Shown here: piece after piece, positions 61,978-64,000 of the stretch
How the letters are laid out: each line of letters opens with the position of its first letter
How positions within the stretch are numbered: the first letter of the stretch is position 1
From: a candidate division WOR-3 bacterium
GTDB lineage: Bacteria > Hydrothermota > Tepidihabitantia > Tepidihabitantales > Tepidihabitantaceae
Reading direction: 5' to 3'
Length of the DNA: 64,000 nt
Assembly: GCA_037441285.1 (NCBI GenBank)
Contig: JBBISL010000001.1
Coordinates: 13,880-77,879, forward strand
Program-made: the position numbers and the translations under genes
Notes under the pieces: generated by a model
Told to the model about the DNA's origin: nothing
Databases searched by the model: none
What the model saw: the letters and a program-made list of their open reading frames with translations, nothing else

Positions 61978-64000
61978 ATGAAACGAGTTATGCTGCTGGT
62001 ATTGGTTTTAGCCGGATTTGCTTTCGGGAGAGGAATAAAGAAAGCGGATAGTCTTGATGTGCTCTTTCATAATACGCTAACTCAAGCACTTGAGATACAG
62101 GGGATGAAAAAAGAAGAATTGGGTTTTTTCAAATTTTGGGCGGTTGACAGTTTTTTCCGTCTTAAGATTGTTGACCGGTTACTTTCCCATCCCCTTGAAG
62201 TAGCGCCTTATGTAGAGAGTAGTGCGGCACGGGTTGAGCGTTTATCAAAATCGCCCAACCAGATGATTTTCGAACAGTATCGAGCAATTGATTTGGATTT
62301 GTCTTATGCCGATACCGTTAGAATTACCCGAGAGATAACCCGACGGGAAAAATTAATAAGACGGGAAGAAAACGAAGACAGAGTGATGCGAGCGGTTAAT
62401 ACAATTCTTGTAAGTTTTGAGGTGGCGGATAGTTTTTTAAAACAGGCAGTTGCCCAAATTCCGGAGCAAGAACTTAACATTTTACTGGGTGAAGCACCCG
62501 AATTCTGGAAGGATGAGGACGACACACTCGAAAAAGGGTTCAGTGGCATTCTCCACCGGGAGTTTGGAAAGGATTACGACACTACTATTCAAGTGAAATC
62601 TGAAACGCTGTTAGCTTATGCCCGAAAGATTGACCGCCGGGCGCTTGCTTTAGCCGGTATGACCGTAACAATGGGTGCAACCCGGGCAATCGAGTTGTTA
62701 AAAGAAATGAATACAAGTCAGGACACCTGGAGAAATAGCCCGACTGTGTTTGAGACCAGATGGGGAAAGGTGATCATTGGGACCATCGGCGATGATGTGT
62801 ATCGAGAAGATGCTGCGCTAATCATTGAACTGGGAGGGGATGACCGGTATTTTAATCGTGCTGGGGGTACGGTAGGGATTCTAAATAAACCTTTTTCCGT
62901 AGTCATTGACCTTGAAGGTAATGACATTTACCAGACCGAAAAGCTTTTTTCGCAGGGTGCAGCGCTATTTGGATGCGGAGTTCTCTTTGACTTTGCCGGT
63001 GACGATGTTTACCGGTCTCGTCATTACGCTCAGGGCGCAACGATATTTGGCACCGGAGTACTGTGGGATGTTTCAGGACACGATATTTATGATGCCGGTT
63101 TCTTTGCTCAGGGTGCAGGTCACTATGGAGTTGGGCTTTTAATCGACAATGCGGGCAACGACTCTTATCGCTGCTTCTGTTATGGTCAGGGTTTTGCTGG
63201 AACCTGGGGTTATGGGTTACTTGTTGAGGGAAGTGGGCAGGACCTTTACTATTCCGGGGGAAGGTACTTACATGAACCGTTGCTGCCTCGAGAATATCGG
63301 TCTTTTGCTCAAGGCTTTGCGATTGGGGTGCGACCTGATGCCAGCGGCGGGATCGGTTTTCTTTGTGATTTTAAAGGCAATGACTTTTACAATGCTGAGG
63401 TGTTCTGTCAGGGAACGAGTTACTGGTACTCCTTAGGGATGCTTTACGACCGGGAAGGTTTTGACCACTACACCGCGGCCCAGTATTCCCAAGGAGCTGG
63501 GATTCATCTTTCAATCGGCGCTTTAATTGATGAAGAGGGTAATGACTCATATTTTTCCCGTCTTGGTCCATCACAAGGAGAAGGACACGACCTTTCCGTC
63601 GGGGTGCTTTTTGACCGCAAGGGGGATGATGGCTATTACGCATCAGGAGGCCAGGGTATCGGTTTGACCAATTCCGTTGGACTTTTTCTTGATGCCGATG
63701 GTCAGGATTGGTATATGACCTCGGAATCGTTAATTGCCCAGGGCAGTTCCAACTGGGCAAGAGGGTTCGGTGGTATTGGTGTATTTCTTGACTTTGCTGG
63801 CAAAGACCAGTACCCGGCAAAAAACATTGCTGAAAACCAGAGTTTCTGGACAAAAGGAACTTATGGTTCTGGAGTTGACCTTGACCGTCCGGCAACGGTA
63901 ATTGACTACGAGCCCGATGTCGACACCTCTGAAGCAAGTATTGATTCGATAATTACCGCACCGGTGGAAAGTGTGTTTAAAACAGCATCAATCTGGGCGG
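61978..64000 (+). CDS. Large secreted tandem-repeat protein (G.L.D..G.D.Y....QG repeats), 3'-truncated, absent from the ORF track
   Basis: GAGGAG RBS, ATG 61978 and signal peptide MKRVMLLVLVLAGFAFG. The frame stays open to the window end and has more than 10 repeats such as VLFDFAGDDVYRSRHYAQG and LLIDNAGNDSYRCFCYGQG. Confidence 0.85.
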   Translation, partial: MKRVMLLVLVLAGFAFGRGIKKADSLDVLFHNTLTQALEIQGMKKEELGFFKFWAVDSFFRLKIVDRLLSHPLEVAPYVESSAARVERLSKSPNQMIFEQYRAIDLDLSYADTVRITREITRREKLIRREENEDRVMRAVNTILVSFEVADSFLKQAVAQIPEQELNILLGEAPEFWKDEDDTLEKGFSGILHREFGKDYDTTIQVKSETLLAYARKIDRRALALAGMTVTMGATRAIELLKEMNTSQDTWRNSPTVFETRWGKVIIGTIGDDVYREDAALIIELGGDDRYFNRAGGTVGILNKPFSVVIDLEGNDIYQTEKLFSQGAALFGCGVLFDFAGDDVYRSRHYAQGATIFGTGVLWDVSGHDIYDAGFFAQGAGHYGVGLLIDNAGNDSYRCFCYGQGFAGTWGYGLLVEGSGQDLYYSGGRYLHEPLLPREYRSFAQGFAIGVRPDASGGIGFLCDFKGNDFYNAEVFCQGTSYWYSLGMLYDREGFDHYTAAQYSQGAGIHLSIGALIDEEGNDSYFSRLGPSQGEGHDLSVGVLFDRKGDDGYYASGGQGIGLTNSVGLFLDADGQDWYMTSESLIAQGSSNWARGFGGIGVFLDFAGKDQYPAKNIAENQSFWTKGTYGSGVDLDRPATVIDYEPDVDTSEASIDSIITAPVESVFKTASIWA

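Noticed and set aside
62304-63937. Short ORFs listed in the track at the window end
   Set aside because: They are alternative-frame or antisense shadows of the long + strand ORF starting at 61978.

Overview
A gene-dense chromosomal window (about 50% GC) from an anaerobic, diderm, protein- and peptide-fermenting bacterium. Secreted hydrolases with FlgD-Ig/T9SS-like C-terminal domains, a PorX-like regulator and TolB suggest an FCB-related lineage such as candidate division WOR-3; this is inference. Housekeeping blocks: ptsH-ptsI-pgi/pmi-nucleotidyltransferase-tgt; grpE-dnaK-dnaJ-rsmE-rpsU-mutS2-dnaG-rpoD-...-hflX; rho-rpmE-prfB (programmed +1 frameshift); tRNA-Ala(TGC). Amino-acid fermentation genes: iorAB, a vor-type operon, an ADP-forming acyl-CoA ligase and a CoA-transferase/GNAT gene split by one frameshift. 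There are also several peptidases (two M14, an M16 pair, one M6). No CRISPR array, transposase or prophage is visible. The most striking unexplained feature is the ~1 kb gap at 14503-15495. It holds a sigma54-type promoter with IHF-like sites, then ~590 nt of nested long-range helices with many G-U pairs on the + strand. This candidate large structured RNA leads directly into an outer-membrane lipoprotein and beta-barrel gene pair. Other leads are a four-gene uncharacterised membrane operon (FN3/DUF6754-like) divergent from a kinase-porX pair, a possible -1 frameshift site, several near-leaderless genes, and a repeat-protein ORF missing from the supplied track.
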